Source: the human T2T-CHM13v2.0 reference genome, Homo sapiens. Taken from it: a stretch of 64,000 nt of DNA. Both the position numbers and the translations under genes were made by a program. The stretch is from the NCBI RefSeq assembly GCF_009914755.1, contig NC_060934.1. One strand, given 5' to 3'. Each line of letters opens with the position of its first letter. Position 1 is the first letter of the stretch. Below the pieces are notes generated by a model. It was given only the letters and a program-made list of their open reading frames with translations, was not told where the DNA came from and searched no databases. Positions 59,308-64,000 of the stretch are shown one piece after another.

Positions 59308-59619
59308 GACACAGGAGACAGACTAGAACAACAGAGACTCTCAGAGCAAAATTCATCTGGCAAATAAAAAACATTGTCTAATTTTCCAAAATTTGTACTC
59401 TCCCCAAATATTTGCTATCAGCAAATCACATAATTCTGTATTATATGTGACTGCCTTGGTAAGAAAGAGATACTTATCAACAGAACAAAATCCATTCATG
59501 TTACTTGAAGTTGTTCATAACAAAGTTTATCATGAAGGAAAATCTCTGGCTTAGAAACAGCCCTCCAACTCATTCACTTTCCAAAGTCCAGTGTCTGGGA
59601 GCCATGCCTTACACCTCTC

Positions 59620-60320
59620 TCCCTTACCTCCCCTATCTTGGCTTCCACCAAATAGTATCAATTTTATCTTGCAAAAAGCCTTCAGATATGTCCCCTTTTC
59701 CTCGTCTCCACTGCCAACTGTCTGGTGCAAGTTGCTCTATCAGTCCCTGCCTAGACCATGAGTACTCTTCACTGTTCCCTCCCACTTCCACTTCTGCCCC
59801 TTTTCTAACTGACACAGCCAGAGTGATGTTTTCAAAAGACAAATTAGAATGTGTCACCCCAGACTGAAAACCTTTCAAAGCCATAACACATTGATGAGGT
59901 TGTCCACACTCTGGTCTGGACCTTCTTCTCGGACGCACCCTGCACTCCTCACCCCCTCACTTTCTTTGTCTCATTCACACTGACCTTCCTTCCATTTCCT
60001 GAACACCCCATGACTCTCTCAACAGAGTCTTTACACATGTTGGCCCCCCATTTCCTGTAATCCCTCTTATCTTATGCCCTTTTTGCCTTGATAACTTGGA
60101 TTCATCCTTTGGATCGCAAAGGAAAATCACCTCCTTAAGAGAACTGTCCCTGACCTAGGTTCAGATATCCCTGTTAATAATCTTAGTGGCCCCTGTATCT
60201 TTCCCTGATGGTACTTACCACAATTGTAATGCCTCATACTCCTAACAGACAAGAAGCTCTAGAGGGTAGGGTTCACACCCCTTTGTGTTCATATGGTACC
60301 CTAAGAATTTGGCACAGTAA
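59620..60320. mobile_element. L2 fragment
   Basis: cacagccagagtgatgttttcaaaa...gacaagaagctctagagggtaggg, typical L2 3' motifs. Confidence 0.6.
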
Positions 60321-60344
60321 CAGACCATCTAGGAGGAGCTATTT

Positions 60345-63670
<3,326 letters not shown>

Positions 63671-63725
63671 GTTGGATCTGGGAATGGAGCTCAAGCTATT
63701 CTGGTGTTTTCAAGAGGGTGCTTAC

Positions 63726-63823
63726 CTTTTTAAGGGCTCACCATGCCATTTAATATCATCCTAATGGTAGGAGGTATGCACAGTAAGGTGCTTGCTTTGG
63801 ATTTGCTCTTAAACACATCTATT
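63726..63823 (-). other. Candidate 5' UTR exon with two tandem donors (63742 and 63726)
   Basis: Pyrimidine-rich acceptor ...gttcttcag| at 63823; donors CATG|gtgagc and AAAG|gtaagc. Confidence 0.45.
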
Positions 63824-64000
63824 CTGAAGAACTCCAAGGAGAGCAAGGTAGGAAATGAATGCAGCTGTCCTATCTTTCCTGATTAATTTCATATCTATCT
63901 CATGGGCATGTTTTAAATACATGACTACAATGTACGCTGCATATAAAAATATATACAAGTGCACAGTGAAAATAAATGATGTTATTTCAAACTACTAATA

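Overview
Human (primate) genomic DNA. The window holds the 3' ~64 kb of a minus-strand, KRAB-less C2H2 zinc-finger gene that I recognise as ZNF438. Three GT-AG coding exons (32296-32260, 5664-3828, 875-263) join in frame to 2487 nt = 828 aa, followed by a short 3' UTR with AATAAA signals at the left edge. The main promoter and upstream exons lie beyond the right edge. The introns are repeat-rich: 19 Alus, old L1/L2/L3/MIR fragments, DNA transposons (MER46C, MER2, Charlie1a, MER82, MER47A, Tigger2a, MER58B, half MADE1) and several ERV LTRs. There are no rRNA or tRNA genes and no CRISPR arrays. I found nothing I can defend as a wholly new biological system. The best leads are: (1) a sense-oriented, internally deleted HERV9/LTR12 provirus with promoter, perfect tRNA-Arg PBS and splice donor upstream of the ZNF438 start-codon exon; (2) a tiny cassette exon that turns the main ATG into a uORF and supplies a new MDS- N-terminus (818 aa); (3) a 40-bp inverted templated insertion in an Alu copied from 1.25 kb away; (4) a poly(A)-tailed, TSD-flanked 3'UTR retrocopy resembling DDX3X/Y; (5) a tail-to-tail inverted Alu pair 17 nt apart; (6) several further candidate alternative or poison exons. 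Repeat family names are by-eye recognition from memory, not database hits.
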